Position numbers and translations under genes: made by a program. The notes beneath the pieces were generated by a model. It saw only the letters and a list, made by a program, of their open reading frames with translations, ran no database searches and was not told the origin of the DNA. 64,000 nucleotides of DNA. Origin: an uncultured delta proteobacterium (GTDB lineage: Bacteria > Desulfobacterota > Binatia > Binatales > Binataceae). How positions within the stretch are numbered: position 1 is the first letter of the stretch; each line of letters starts with the position of its first letter. Positions 9,550-19,044 of the stretch are shown here, one piece after another. The stretch covers positions 1,024,001 through 1,088,000 of the forward strand of contig CAVXXK010000001.1 in the NCBI GenBank assembly GCA_963765675.1, given 5' to 3'.

Positions 9550-11556
9550 GTGGCGGACAAGGTTATTTTCCTGCGCGACCCTAATCGGGAGGCAGGCGAG
9601 CGCGTTTACAAGATCAAGTATGCCGAGCTGCTGAACCCGGCTCAGCTTGCCGCAGTGACGCATCGCGACGGCCCCCTGCTGGTGATCGCGGGAGCGGGTT
9701 CGGGAAAGACCCGCACGCTCATCTACCGCGTCGCGCGGCTGATCGAGAGCGGAGTTCCGCCCGGCGCGATCCTGCTGATGACGTTTACCCGGCGCGCGGC
9801 GCAGGAGATGCTCGATCGCGTCGAGCGGCTGGTTGGCGAGAGCTCGCGCTCAGTCGCGGGCGGCACCTTTCACTCTTTCGCGAACAATATCCTGCGCCGG
9901 CACGGCGCGCAGATGGGGCTCAAGCCGAATTTCACGATTCTCGATCGCGGTGACATGGAGGACGTGATCAATCTGCTGCGCGCGCGGATGGGGCTTGCGT
10001 CGCGCGAGCGGCGCTTTCCCAAGAAAAGCACGGTCGCCGAAGTGATCAGCATGGCGCGCAACAAGATGCGCGAGCTGGCCGAGGAGATCGAGCTCGACTT
10101 CGCGCACCTGATCGAGCATCAGGGCGAGATCGTCGCGCTCGCCGAAAAGTACGAGGCCTACAAGCGCGAACGCGCGCTGCTGGACTACGACGACCTGCTC
10201 TACCGGCTCGCCGAATTGCTGCGGCAGTATCCGCAGGTTCGCCAGCGCCTGTCGCAGAGCTATCGCTACATCATGATCGACGAGTACCAGGACACTAATC
10301 GCATCCAGGCCGAACTGGTGCAGCTCCTCGCCTCGGAGCATCGCAACGTGATGGCGGTGGGCGACGACGCGCAGTCGATCTATTCGTTTCGCGGCGCAAA
10401 TTTCCACAACATCATGGATTTTCCCGAGCTGTTCGACGGCGCGCGCGTGATCAAGCTCGAAGAGAATTACCGCTCGGTGCAGGGAATCCTCGACGTCGCT
10501 AACGAAGTGATCTCGCGCGCGGCCGAAAAGTACACCAAGGTCCTGTTCACCTCGCGCCGCGGCGAATTCCGTCCGATCCTGGTGCGCGCGCAGGACGAGC
10601 ACATGCAGTCGCGTTTTGTCGCGCAGCGGATCCTGGAGCTGCGCGAAGAAGGCGTCGAGCTGGGCGAGATGGCGGTGCTGTTCCGTTCGAGCTTTCACTC
10701 GTTCGATCTCGAACTCGAGCTTCAGCGCCGCGATATTCCGTTCATCAAGCGCGGCGGATTCAAGTTTATCGAGACTGCGCACATCAAGGACGTGCTCGCG
10801 CATCTGCGCGTGATCGCAAATCCCGCCGACGCGGTTTCATGGCTGCGCGCGCTGATGCTCGTGCGCGGAGTCGGGCATCGCACCGCAGAGCGCACTGTCG
10901 AGATGCTGGTAACCGCCGACGCGCCCGAACGCGAACTCGCGCGCCTGGGGCAATCAGGAGGACGGGGCGGCGCGGCCTCTGGCTACGCGCAGCTTGCGGC
11001 GCTGCTCGCGGGCATCCGAGGCGAATCGAAACGCCCCGCGGAGCAGATTGCCGCGACGCTTGCGTACTATCTGCCGCTGATGCGCGAGGCGTATCCCGAC
11101 GATTTTCCCAAACGCGAGCGCGACCTCGAGCACTTTCAGAACATCACCGAGCGCTACCGCAGCCTCGAGACGATGCTCGCCGACATGGCGCTCGAACCGC
11201 CGAGCGATTCTCTTGGCGGCGTTCTGGCCGAGGGTCCCGAGGACGAGTTCCTGACGCTCAGCACGATTCATTCGGCCAAGGGCCTCGAATGGCGCGTTGT
11301 GTTCGTGATCTGGGCAGCGGACGGCCGCTTTCCCGGTCCGATGAGCGTGGACGAAGAGTCTATAGAAGAAGAGCGGCGCCTGATGTACGTAGCGAGCACC
11401 CGCGCGCGCGACGAGCTCTACTTGACCTATCCGATCTACATGTTCGATCGCATGAACGGCTACATGATGGGCCGCGCCTCGCGCTTCCTCGACGATCTTC
11501 CCGCCGAAATCCTACCCACCGCCACGCTGCAGGACGCCGAAGAAGCGAACACATAA
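9550..11556 (+). CDS. ATP-dependent DNA helicase, UvrD/PcrA/Rep family
   Basis: AGAGSGKT, DEYQD, VGDDAQSIYSFRGA, LEENYRS, STIHSAKGLEW, EERRLMYVASTRA. Confidence 0.95.
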   Translation: MADKVIFLRDPNREAGERVYKIKYAELLNPAQLAAVTHRDGPLLVIAGAGSGKTRTLIYRVARLIESGVPPGAILLMTFTRRAAQEMLDRVERLVGESSRSVAGGTFHSFANNILRRHGAQMGLKPNFTILDRGDMEDVINLLRARMGLASRERRFPKKSTVAEVISMARNKMRELAEEIELDFAHLIEHQGEIVALAEKYEAYKRERALLDYDDLLYRLAELLRQYPQVRQRLSQSYRYIMIDEYQDTNRIQAELVQLLASEHRNVMAVGDDAQSIYSFRGANFHNIMDFPELFDGARVIKLEENYRSVQGILDVANEVISRAAEKYTKVLFTSRRGEFRPILVRAQDEHMQSRFVAQRILELREEGVELGEMAVLFRSSFHSFDLELELQRRDIPFIKRGGFKFIETAHIKDVLAHLRVIANPADAVSWLRALMLVRGVGHRTAERTVEMLVTADAPERELARLGQSGGRGGAASGYAQLAALLAGIRGESKRPAEQIAATLAYYLPLMREAYPDDFPKRERDLEHFQNITERYRSLETMLADMALEPPSDSLGGVLAEGPEDEFLTLSTIHSAKGLEWRVVFVIWAADGRFPGPMSVDEESIEEERRLMYVASTRARDELYLTYPIYMFDRMNGYMMGRASRFLDDLPAEILPTATLQDAEEANT

Positions 11557-11629
11557 CGGCGCCGAGGAACGCCCAATCAGTGCACGACGGTTTCGATTTC
11601 CGATGATCGCAGCTTGGTCTGTCCAATCC

Positions 11630-11668
11630 GGGGTCCTTCGACTCGCGCAACGCTCGCTCAGGATGACA
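11630..11668. repeat. Single copy of a REP-like intergenic element (GTCATCCTGAGCG...GAAGGACCCC type)
   Basis: GGGGTCCTTCGACTCGCGCAACGCTCGCTCAGGATGACA between convergent genes; resembles a widespread short bacterial repeat family; only one copy in the window. Confidence 0.55.
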
Positions 11669-11695
11669 CCAAACCAATCCTCGAAATCGTGAGAT

Positions 11696-12322
11696 TCACA
11701 AAGGACTCTTCATCACCTCGAACTTTACGTAGCCGGGCACCGGTTCGTCGACATGCATAGGTAGCGAGACTTCGCGCAGGACAGGGACCTTCTCGGTGAT
11801 CGTGCCAGTTGCGGGCGCGTCTTTCGGGACTGTGATCACGCGCGTGCCGACGAATCGCACTACCGCCGGCAGCATCCTGCCAGTGTCGAGGTAGCGAGTA
11901 TGCGTGGCTTCGAGCAAGGTGTCGAATTTGAACAGTTTCGAGCCCGCGCGAATCAGATACTCGTTGTGACCGAGTGGCCGCACCATCGTCGATTCGCTCA
12001 TCACGTAGATATGCCCGACCGTCGGCCGCAGAAACCCGGGGTAGAGCGGATTGACGCCGAGCCAGAACGGGATGACGACGCGGCGATTTTCAGCCCATCC
12101 GGTCAGATGAACCTGCGCCTGGCGATCGTTGTCGCCGAGCGTGAAATCCTTGCCATCGAAATCGCGCAGGATGTCGCGGCTTAGCTGGTCCTGCGGCGGA
12201 GTGTTGATCTCACCGGTCGGGCCGAAATCCAGCGCCTTGTCCGGGGTGCATCCGGTGATGCCCGCGATCATGAGCGCCGCAATCGCGGCGACGCTCCATG
12301 CTTTGATTTGCGCGCGATTCAT
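11696..12322 (-). CDS. Hypothetical lipoprotein (paralog of the next gene)
   Basis: Lipobox ITGC; shares PFWxGVN and REVSLPM with 12319..12918. Confidence 0.75.
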   Translation of the reverse strand: MNRAQIKAWSVAAIAALMIAGITGCTPDKALDFGPTGEINTPPQDQLSRDILRDFDGKDFTLGDNDRQAQVHLTGWAENRRVVIPFWLGVNPLYPGFLRPTVGHIYVMSESTMVRPLGHNEYLIRAGSKLFKFDTLLEATHTRYLDTGRMLPAVVRFVGTRVITVPKDAPATGTITEKVPVLREVSLPMHVDEPVPGYVKFEVMKSPL

Positions 12323-12918
12323 CCGATGCGAAAACGCGCGTAGCTTGCCGGTACTCGGCCCTCGAGCGTCCATTTCATCGGCAGTGAGACCTCGCGCACG
12401 ACCGGGATCTCCACTTTCTTGCCGTCGCCGCGGGTGAATTCGCGCTTGCCCATGTATTGCACGATCGTCGGGAGAATTTTTCCGCCGCTGTCGTAATGCG
12501 TGCGCGTCGTGATGAATACAGTCTCCTGCTTCACGAGCGTGCTGCCGGCCTCGATCATCCATTCGCCGGGAGTTTCGAGCGGCTTGCCCAGGGTCGCCTC
12601 GCTGATCACGTAGTAATCGCCTTCTTTCGGTTGCGTGACGCCGGGGACCAGGATGTTCACACCGAACCAGAAAGGCAGCTTCATCCAGGCGTTGTTGCCC
12701 GAGCCGAGCGGACGAACCATCGCGACCGTGTTGCTCTCGCCGAGGATAAATTCGCGGCCGCGAAAGTTTTCCTCGACCGACTCTGCGCTGGCGTAAATCG
12801 AATGAGCAGCAGGCGGTGGCGCGGGCCGGCCGCATCCTGCTGCGGCGCATAGCGCGGCCGCGGTGAATAGCGCGCCGACGATAAGCGCAATCTTCTGACG
12901 CTTAGGCCGCACGCGCAT
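12319..12918 (-). CDS. Hypothetical lipoprotein (paralog of the previous gene)
   Basis: Lipobox AAGC; stop overlaps the next ATG (ATGA). Confidence 0.75.
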   Translation of the reverse strand: MRVRPKRQKIALIVGALFTAAALCAAAGCGRPAPPPAAHSIYASAESVEENFRGREFILGESNTVAMVRPLGSGNNAWMKLPFWFGVNILVPGVTQPKEGDYYVISEATLGKPLETPGEWMIEAGSTLVKQETVFITTRTHYDSGGKILPTIVQYMGKREFTRGDGKKVEIPVVREVSLPMKWTLEGRVPASYARFRIG

Positions 12919-13855
12919 AATGAGTCGCAATCTCTCGGCCGACCAGCTCGATTTGTTGGTCCCATGAATCGGGCGCGGCGATCGGCCATAGCACGAACTT
13001 GTCGAGTCCCTTTGCGATGTATCGTTCCATTTGCGCCGCGATGTCTTCGGCGGAGCCGTACACGCTGCGCTCCAGAAATGCTTCCGACCCGCGGCCCATC
13101 GCGGAAAGCATCGGCTGCATCTCCTTAAGCGCCTTTTCGCGCGAGCTTGCGATCCGGCAGAGCAGAATCAATCCCGATTCGATTCGCGCGTTAGCGCGGC
13201 CGTATTCGGCGGCGTAGGCGCGAATTTTCGCCATGCTCGATTCGTATTCCTCTGGCGTCTGAAACGAGGCGAAAAATCCGTCGCCCAGCCGCGCCGTGCG
13301 TCGCAGCGCCGATTCCGCGCGGCCGCCGATCCAGATGTCCATCGTGCCGAAGTCGTTGTTTGCGCGCGCCGCAGGGCGCGGCTCGATCGTGACGTTGTCG
13401 AAATTGAAGAACCTGCCGTGATAGCTCGCCTGCCGATCTTTCCAGACCGCGCGCAGAACCTCGATTCCCTCGTCCAGCCGCTTGCCGCGGGCGTCCGGCG
13501 AAATTCCGCACGCCGCATAGTCGGCCAGATTCGATCCGGTTCCGACCGCCATCACCATCCTGCCGCCGGACAGGTAATCCAACGAAGCAAATGACTTCGC
13601 CGCCATCAGCGGATGCCGCAGGTTCAGGAGCAGCACGCTCGGCCCCAGCTTCATCCTCGAGGTGCGCGAGGCGATGAGCGATAAGGTCGCGACCACATCG
13701 AGCTCCGGCGACGGCGCGAGCAGATGGTCCGAGAGCCAGAACGAATCCAGGCCCCACTCTTCGGCCCGCTCTGCCACCCGCGCAATCGTCTCGGCCGACG
13801 GCATTCCCAGCCGCCACAGTCCAAAACCAGCACCTATCTTTACTTGCGGTGTCAT
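12902..13855 (-). CDS. LLM-class (luciferase-like) flavin/F420-dependent oxidoreductase
   Basis: 'AEEWGLDSFWLSDH', 'RHPLMAAKSFASLDYLSGGR', 'IWIGG...ALRRTARLGDG'. Confidence 0.9.
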   Translation of the reverse strand: MTPQVKIGAGFGLWRLGMPSAETIARVAERAEEWGLDSFWLSDHLLAPSPELDVVATLSLIASRTSRMKLGPSVLLLNLRHPLMAAKSFASLDYLSGGRMVMAVGTGSNLADYAACGISPDARGKRLDEGIEVLRAVWKDRQASYHGRFFNFDNVTIEPRPAARANNDFGTMDIWIGGRAESALRRTARLGDGFFASFQTPEEYESSMAKIRAYAAEYGRANARIESGLILLCRIASSREKALKEMQPMLSAMGRGSEAFLERSVYGSAEDIAAQMERYIAKGLDKFVLWPIAAPDSWDQQIELVGREIATHYARAA

Positions 13856-13947
13856 CGATGCACACTATTTCGTCGCGCCGTATTTTGCATAGCCATATGG
13901 TAGATACTAGCATGAGGTCCGCCTTGATGAATTCCAATCACGCGCCA

Positions 13948-14700
13948 ATGCGCAAGAACCGCGCGAGCGTAACCATGCTTGGCACGGGAGACGCCTTTGC
14001 CAGCGGTGGCCGCGCGCAGGCCGGGTTCATCATCGACGCCAACGGCACGCGCATCCTGATGGAGGCGGGGCCTGAGATTCTGGGCGCGATGAAGCGGCAC
14101 GGAATTCGGCCCAATCACCTCGATCTGATTGTTATCAGCCATCTGCATGGCGACCACTTCGGCGGCCTGCCGTTTCTGATTCTCGAATATATGTGGGAAA
14201 GCCGGCTTGATGCTCCTTTAACGATCGTGGGGCCGCGCAATCTGGAATCGCGATGCTGGCGGCTGCTCGCGACGCTGTTCCCGGGCTTCGATCTGAAACA
14301 GATAAAGCACAAGCTGCGTTTCGTCGTGATCGAGCCGGGCGCGACGCTGCAAGTCGGCAAGGTCAAACTCTTCGCAATTCGCAGTCCGCACACCAAGCCC
14401 GACGTCTCGCTCTCGCTCAGGGTCGAAGTGGGTGGCAAGACGATTGTTTTTTCGGGCGATACCGGATGGAACGACGCGTTGGTGAAGCTCGCGGCGGGCG
14501 CCGATCTATTCGTTTGCGAATGCACCTACTTCGAGAGCAATCATCTGAAATTCCATCTGAACTATCCCGAGCTCGCCGAGCAGCGCGGAAAATTCAAGGT
14601 TGGCCGGATGCTGCTGACGCATATCGGACGCGAAGTGCTGAATCATCGGCGCCAGATCAAAATCGAGATGGCGTCCGACGGAATGAAACTCGCGGTGTAG
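13948..14700 (+). CDS. MBL-fold metallo-hydrolase (RNase Z/BN-like)
   Basis: LGTGDAF, SHLHGDHFGG, FSGDTG, CECT, LTH; start codon uncertain. Confidence 0.85.
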   Translation: MRKNRASVTMLGTGDAFASGGRAQAGFIIDANGTRILMEAGPEILGAMKRHGIRPNHLDLIVISHLHGDHFGGLPFLILEYMWESRLDAPLTIVGPRNLESRCWRLLATLFPGFDLKQIKHKLRFVVIEPGATLQVGKVKLFAIRSPHTKPDVSLSLRVEVGGKTIVFSGDTGWNDALVKLAAGADLFVCECTYFESNHLKFHLNYPELAEQRGKFKVGRMLLTHIGREVLNHRRQIKIEMASDGMKLAV

Positions 14701-14739
14701 CGCGGTTCGCGGCGCGAAACCGCGCAAGGATACTCGCTC

Positions 14740-15513
14740 ATGGGAATTGCAGACGGAAAACGCGCGCTGATTGTCGGCGTTGCGAACGACAAGAGCCTCG
14801 CATGGTCGATCGCGCAGGAGCTGCACGCGCAGGGCGCGGAGATCGCGCTGACCTATCAGGGCGAAGTGCTCGAAAAGCGCGTGCGTCCGCTCGCCGCGCA
14901 GATTGAGGCCGACGTTATTGGCGAGCTCGACGTTAATAACGACGCGCAGATCGCTGAAGTCGTCGCCAAGCTCGAACGCAAGTGGGGCGGACTCGACATG
15001 CTCGTTCACGCGGTTGCGTTTGCCGAGCGCGAGGATTTACGCGATCGGTTTCTGAACGTCACGCGGCAGAACTTTTCGCGCTCGCTCGAGATCAGCGCCT
15101 ACTCGCTAGTCGCGCTCGCTCGCGCCGCCGAGCCCCTTATGGCGGCGCGCGGAGGCGGCTCGATCGTCACGCTAAGTTATATCGGCGCGGTGCGCGCCGT
15201 CCCTAACTACAACGTGATGGGAGTCGCCAAGGCGGCTCTGGAAGCCTGCGTCCGCTACCTGGCGATTGATTTGGGCCCGAAGAACATCCGCGTCAACGCG
15301 CTCAGCGCCGGTCCGGCACGCACACTCTCGTCCTCAGCAATCAGCGGGTTTCACACGATGGCGCACGAGGTCGAAAATCGCGCGCCTTTGCGCCGGGGCA
15401 TGAAAATCGAAGAAGCGGGGAAGATGGCCGCCGTTCTCCTGAGCGATCTTTCGACCGGTGTCACTGGCCAGACAGTGTACGTGGACGTCGGCTACAACAT
15501 CGTAGGGTTTTGA
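14740..15513 (+). CDS. fabI: Enoyl-ACP reductase
   Basis: GVANDKSLAW, ISAYSL, YNVMGVAKAALE, VNALSAGP. Confidence 0.95.
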   Translation: MGIADGKRALIVGVANDKSLAWSIAQELHAQGAEIALTYQGEVLEKRVRPLAAQIEADVIGELDVNNDAQIAEVVAKLERKWGGLDMLVHAVAFAEREDLRDRFLNVTRQNFSRSLEISAYSLVALARAAEPLMAARGGGSIVTLSYIGAVRAVPNYNVMGVAKAALEACVRYLAIDLGPKNIRVNALSAGPARTLSSSAISGFHTMAHEVENRAPLRRGMKIEEAGKMAAVLLSDLSTGVTGQTVYVDVGYNIVGF

Positions 15514-15534
15514 TTTTCTTCAAGGAGTAGTGCG

Positions 15535-16311
15535 ATGGCGATTCATATCGTTCCCCAGCTCTCCGACAATTTTGCTTACCTCGTGGTTGATGAAACCAGC
15601 AAGGAATGCGCAGTGGTGGATTGCGCGGAAGCCGACAAGGTTATCGCTGCCGCGCGCGGTCTCGGTGTGCAGATCGCCGCGGTGCTGACGACGCATTGGC
15701 ACGGAGATCACAGCGGCGGCAATCAGGAGCTCGCGGCGAAAATCGAGGGCATCAAGGTTTACGGCGCGAGCGCGGAGAACGGCAGAATTCCTGCGCTGAC
15801 CAATCCGGTGGCTGACGGCGACACGGTCAGGATCGGCGCGCTCGAAGCGCGTGTGATCGGAATTCCCGCGCATACCAATGGCCACGTCGCATATTATTTT
15901 CCGAAGCTTGAGTCGGTCTTCACCGGGGACACGATGTTTATCGGCGGATGCGGCCGCGTGTTCGAAGGCAAGGCGGCCACGATGGTCGCGTCGCTAAAGC
16001 GCCTGTCGTCACTGCCTGATTCGACGCGAGTTTACTGTGGCCATGAGTACACCGAGAAGAATCTCCGCTTCGCGCTGACGCTCGAGCCGAATAACGCCGC
16101 GCTGAAAGCCAAACACGATTGGTCGCTCAAGACGCGCGGCGAAGGCAAATGGACCGTGCCCTCGACGATCGGCGACGAAAAGCAGATCAATCCGTTTCTG
16201 CGCATGGACAGCGCCGAGCTGCGCGCGAGCCTCAAGAAGATCGATCCTGCGCTCGCAAACGATCCGGTCGCTATCTTCGCCAAGGCCCGCGAATTGAAGG
16301 ATCGGTTCTAA
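15535..16311 (+). CDS. gloB: Hydroxyacylglutathione hydrolase (glyoxalase II)
   Basis: DNFAYL, THWHGDHSGG, HTNGH, FTGDTMFIGGCGR, CGHEYT, NPFLR. Confidence 0.93.
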   Translation: MAIHIVPQLSDNFAYLVVDETSKECAVVDCAEADKVIAAARGLGVQIAAVLTTHWHGDHSGGNQELAAKIEGIKVYGASAENGRIPALTNPVADGDTVRIGALEARVIGIPAHTNGHVAYYFPKLESVFTGDTMFIGGCGRVFEGKAATMVASLKRLSSLPDSTRVYCGHEYTEKNLRFALTLEPNNAALKAKHDWSLKTRGEGKWTVPSTIGDEKQINPFLRMDSAELRASLKKIDPALANDPVAIFAKARELKDRF

Positions 16312-16352
16312 GAACTCAGAGCTAACTCGTATTCAAGCAATTCGCCTGCGAT

Positions 16353-16784
16353 TCAGAACGGCTTCAGAATCGCGAGCATCAGGATCGCCAGCACCAGCAG
16401 GCTCACTACTCCATGAACGACCGCAAATTCGCGCCGGGTCGAGGCACTGGGATTGTCTTCGAGGAATCGAATCCGGCGGTAGAAGCGTACGTGATAAAAC
16501 AGGATCACGGCGATCAGCAGCAGCTTCGCGTGAAGCCATCCCTGCCGCAGAACTTCGGGCCGCATCAATATCAGGATGATTCCAAGGCCGACCGTGATCG
16601 CGGCGCCCAGGTTTACCGTGATTTCGAACAGTCGCCGTATGGTTCCGAGCAATCGCTCCTTGGGAAGCCCGACTTCCTCCGGCACACGGCCGAGCAGGCT
16701 CGCGAGCATCAGCAATCCGCCGATCCAGAAAATCACGCCGAACAGATGAAGTGCCAACACGATTTGGAAGAAGGCGTCGCTCAA
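16353..16784 (-). CDS. HemJ-like (UPF0093/CopD family) membrane protein, probable protoporphyrinogen oxidase
   Basis: ALHLFGVIFWIGGL, GWLHAKLLLI..LFYH, C-terminal LKPF; four TM helices. Confidence 0.7.
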   Translation of the reverse strand: MSDAFFQIVLALHLFGVIFWIGGLLMLASLLGRVPEEVGLPKERLLGTIRRLFEITVNLGAAITVGLGIILILMRPEVLRQGWLHAKLLLIAVILFYHVRFYRRIRFLEDNPSASTRREFAVVHGVVSLLVLAILMLAILKPF

Positions 16785-16949
16785 TTCAGTATCTCCTAAG
16801 ACGGTCGTCTAAGATGCTCCAAGGGTTCGCAGACTGCACGAACGTACCGTATCGACGCGGATGGTAGAAGCGCCTGCAATCCCGCAGGGCGCTTGCTAGC
16901 GGCGTCGGCGGATAGCATTTATGAAACATCGAGCGACGGAGGTTTTGAG

Positions 16950-18284
16950 ATGGCGGATTCCTACTTGTCCGAGCTGAGGCGAAAAACCGTCGGTGCCGAA
17001 GAGGCTGCGGCGTCAGTCAAATCGGGCGACTGGGTCGAGTACGGATTCGGACTGGGGCAGCCTGATCTGTTCGATCAGGCGCTCGCGGCGCGCGTCGGCA
17101 AGCTCGAGCGCGTGAAGCTGCGTGGATGCCTTGCGATGAAACCGCGCGCGGTGATTGACGCCGATCCCGATGGACGTCACGTCGATTATTTTTCCTGGTA
17201 TTTCTCGGGTCTCGAACGGAAGCTGCACGATCGCGGCCTGTGCCATCATATTCCGATGAACTTCGGCGAGGCACCCGACGACTATCGCCGCTTCGTCGAC
17301 GTGGACGTCGCGGTGCTGAAGTGCGCGCCGATGGACGAGCACGGCTATTTCAATTTCGGTCCGTCGGTGACCTATCACAAAGCGATCACCGAGAAAGCCA
17401 AGCATCTGATAATCGAAACCGACGCGAGCGTGCCGTATGTTTTTGGGCTCGAGTGCGGCGTTCATATCAGCGATGTCGATCAGGTGATCGACGCCGGCAC
17501 AGGCGTGCTGCCCGAGCTCAAAAATCCCGCACCGGGTCCCGCGGATCAGAAAGTCGCGGAGCTGATCGCGCCGGAAATCAGGAATGGCGCGTGCCTGCAG
17601 ATCGGAATCGGTGCGATGCCGAATGCCGTCGCCGAACTGCTCGCGGGCTCTGCGGTCAAGGATCTCGGGGTCCACACCGAGATGTTCGTCGATTCGCTAA
17701 TCTCGCTGTATGAGGCGGGCAAGATCACCGGAGCGCACAAGGCGGACAATCTTTACCAGATGACTTATTGCTTCGCCGCGGGCTCGTCGCGCCTGTACAA
17801 GTTTCTCGATCGCAATCCGGCCTGCTTCGCGGGCCCGGTCGATTACACGAACTTGCCGCATCACATCATGCGCAACGACAATGCGGTCGCGATCTGCAAC
17901 GCCGCGCAAATCGATCTTACGGGACAAGCCTGCTCCGAATCCGCCGGTATCCGCCAGATCAGCGGCACTGGCGGCCAGCTCCAGTTCATTCGCGGCGCGT
18001 ACGCCTCGGCCGGAGGTAAGGCGATCTTGTGCCTCGCCTCGACCTACGAGCGTGCGGGCAAGCGCGCCAGCCGTATCGTCGCGCGGATCGACGATTCGAA
18101 CGTCGTGACCACGCCGCGCACCGACGTGATGTATGTGGTAAGCGAATATGGAATCGTCAACCTGAAGGGAAAGTCGGTGCCGGAGCGGGCGCGCGCGCTG
18201 ATCGGACTAGCGCATCCGGATTTTCGCGAAGAGCTGGAGCGCACGGCGCGCGACTACCGGCTGTTGCCGCGATCGATCTTTTAG
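16950..18284 (+). CDS. Acetyl-CoA hydrolase/transferase family CoA-transferase
   Basis: PMDEHGYFNFG, LQIGIGAMPNAV, DLGVHTEM, SGTGGQLQF, AHPDFREEL. Confidence 0.92.
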   Translation: MADSYLSELRRKTVGAEEAAASVKSGDWVEYGFGLGQPDLFDQALAARVGKLERVKLRGCLAMKPRAVIDADPDGRHVDYFSWYFSGLERKLHDRGLCHHIPMNFGEAPDDYRRFVDVDVAVLKCAPMDEHGYFNFGPSVTYHKAITEKAKHLIIETDASVPYVFGLECGVHISDVDQVIDAGTGVLPELKNPAPGPADQKVAELIAPEIRNGACLQIGIGAMPNAVAELLAGSAVKDLGVHTEMFVDSLISLYEAGKITGAHKADNLYQMTYCFAAGSSRLYKFLDRNPACFAGPVDYTNLPHHIMRNDNAVAICNAAQIDLTGQACSESAGIRQISGTGGQLQFIRGAYASAGGKAILCLASTYERAGKRASRIVARIDDSNVVTTPRTDVMYVVSEYGIVNLKGKSVPERARALIGLAHPDFREELERTARDYRLLPRSIF

Positions 18285-18598
18285 TGCTGCGTCGAAGCGG
18301 AATCGCCGGTGAATTTGTAGACCAGCTCGCCGTCGCGGGTGAAGCCGAGTTCGCGCCGAATCAGGTGTTCCAGGTAGCGATCGTTGGAACTAAGGTTCTG
18401 AACGCTCGTTCTGAGCGTATCGTTGCGGGCCACAAGCTCCGCGCGCCGCGCCTCGAGCGCGCGGCGCCTGGTGCGCAGAGCCAGCAGATCGTGCGGCCCC
18501 AGCGGGCCCATCGCGAGGCTCGCCCCGAGGACCACTAGGATCCCGCCAAGGATTAGGCAGAGCCATTGGCGCCGCACGTAGTTACTTAAGCGAAACAT
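18281..18598 (-). CDS. ftsB: Septum formation initiator FtsB/DivIC
   Basis: Single TM, coiled coil, 'YLEHLIRRELGFTRDGELVYKF'. Confidence 0.8.
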   Translation of the reverse strand: MFRLSNYVRRQWLCLILGGILVVLGASLAMGPLGPHDLLALRTRRRALEARRAELVARNDTLRTSVQNLSSNDRYLEHLIRRELGFTRDGELVYKFTGDSASTQH

Positions 18599-18734
18599 CG
18601 GGCTAATCGTAAAGCACGGCGGGGGCCGAGTTCAAGACTGCTCCGGCTTAACGTCATTCTAAAGTTCGGAAAGCGTATGGGATCAGCGGCTCGTGCCGAC
18701 TTTAGAATTTCTTTATAAATCTGCGCCGAGCCTG

Positions 18735-18763
18735 TTGCATTCGCAATAACGGGTTTCTATAAT
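18735..18763 (+). promoter_or_regulatory. Sigma70 promoter
   Basis: TTGCAT-N17-TATAAT. Confidence 0.8.
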
Positions 18764-18845
18764 CGGCACCGAGGGGTGGGGAAGGTTAGACCACTCATTA
18801 GGTAGGGAGCTTATCCAGCAGCGGCCAACGGAAGAGGAGGTGTCT

Positions 18846-18944
18846 ATGCCAGTGAAGAAGAAGGCCCCCAAGCGGGCCACCAAATCCAAGTCAAAGCTCA
18901 AGAGCGGTATGAAGAAGAAAGCCGGCAAAAAGAAGAAGAAGTAA
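18846..18944 (+). CDS. 32-aa lysine-rich (histone H1 tail-like) peptide, absent from the ORF track
   Basis: RBS GAGGAGG, ATG, MPVKKKAPKRATKSKSKLKSGMKKKAGKKKKK*; lies between a promoter and a terminator. Confidence 0.8.
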   Translation: MPVKKKAPKRATKSKSKLKSGMKKKAGKKKKK

Positions 18945-19038
18945 CTAGCCAAAAGTTTTCCTCCGAGCTTTAACCCCTCGGAGGCTGGCTAACGATGCCG
19001 GGCTAGCTGCTGGAATGAGCCGAGGCGCTAACGCCTCG
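18945..19038 (+). ncRNA. Structured 3' UTR or candidate ncRNA (three-way junction plus hairpin, UAAC loops)
   Basis: CTAGCC/GGCTAG encloses CCTCCGAG/CTCGGAGG and TGGC/GCCG hairpins; then CGAGGCG/CGCCTCG. Confidence 0.45.
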
Positions 19039-19044
19039 TAAACC

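Noticed and set aside
18599-18640. Leaderless promoter for ftsB (TTGAAC-N18-TACGAT, 7 nt before ATG)
   Set aside because: Plausible, but spacing and match are too weak to call without TSS data.
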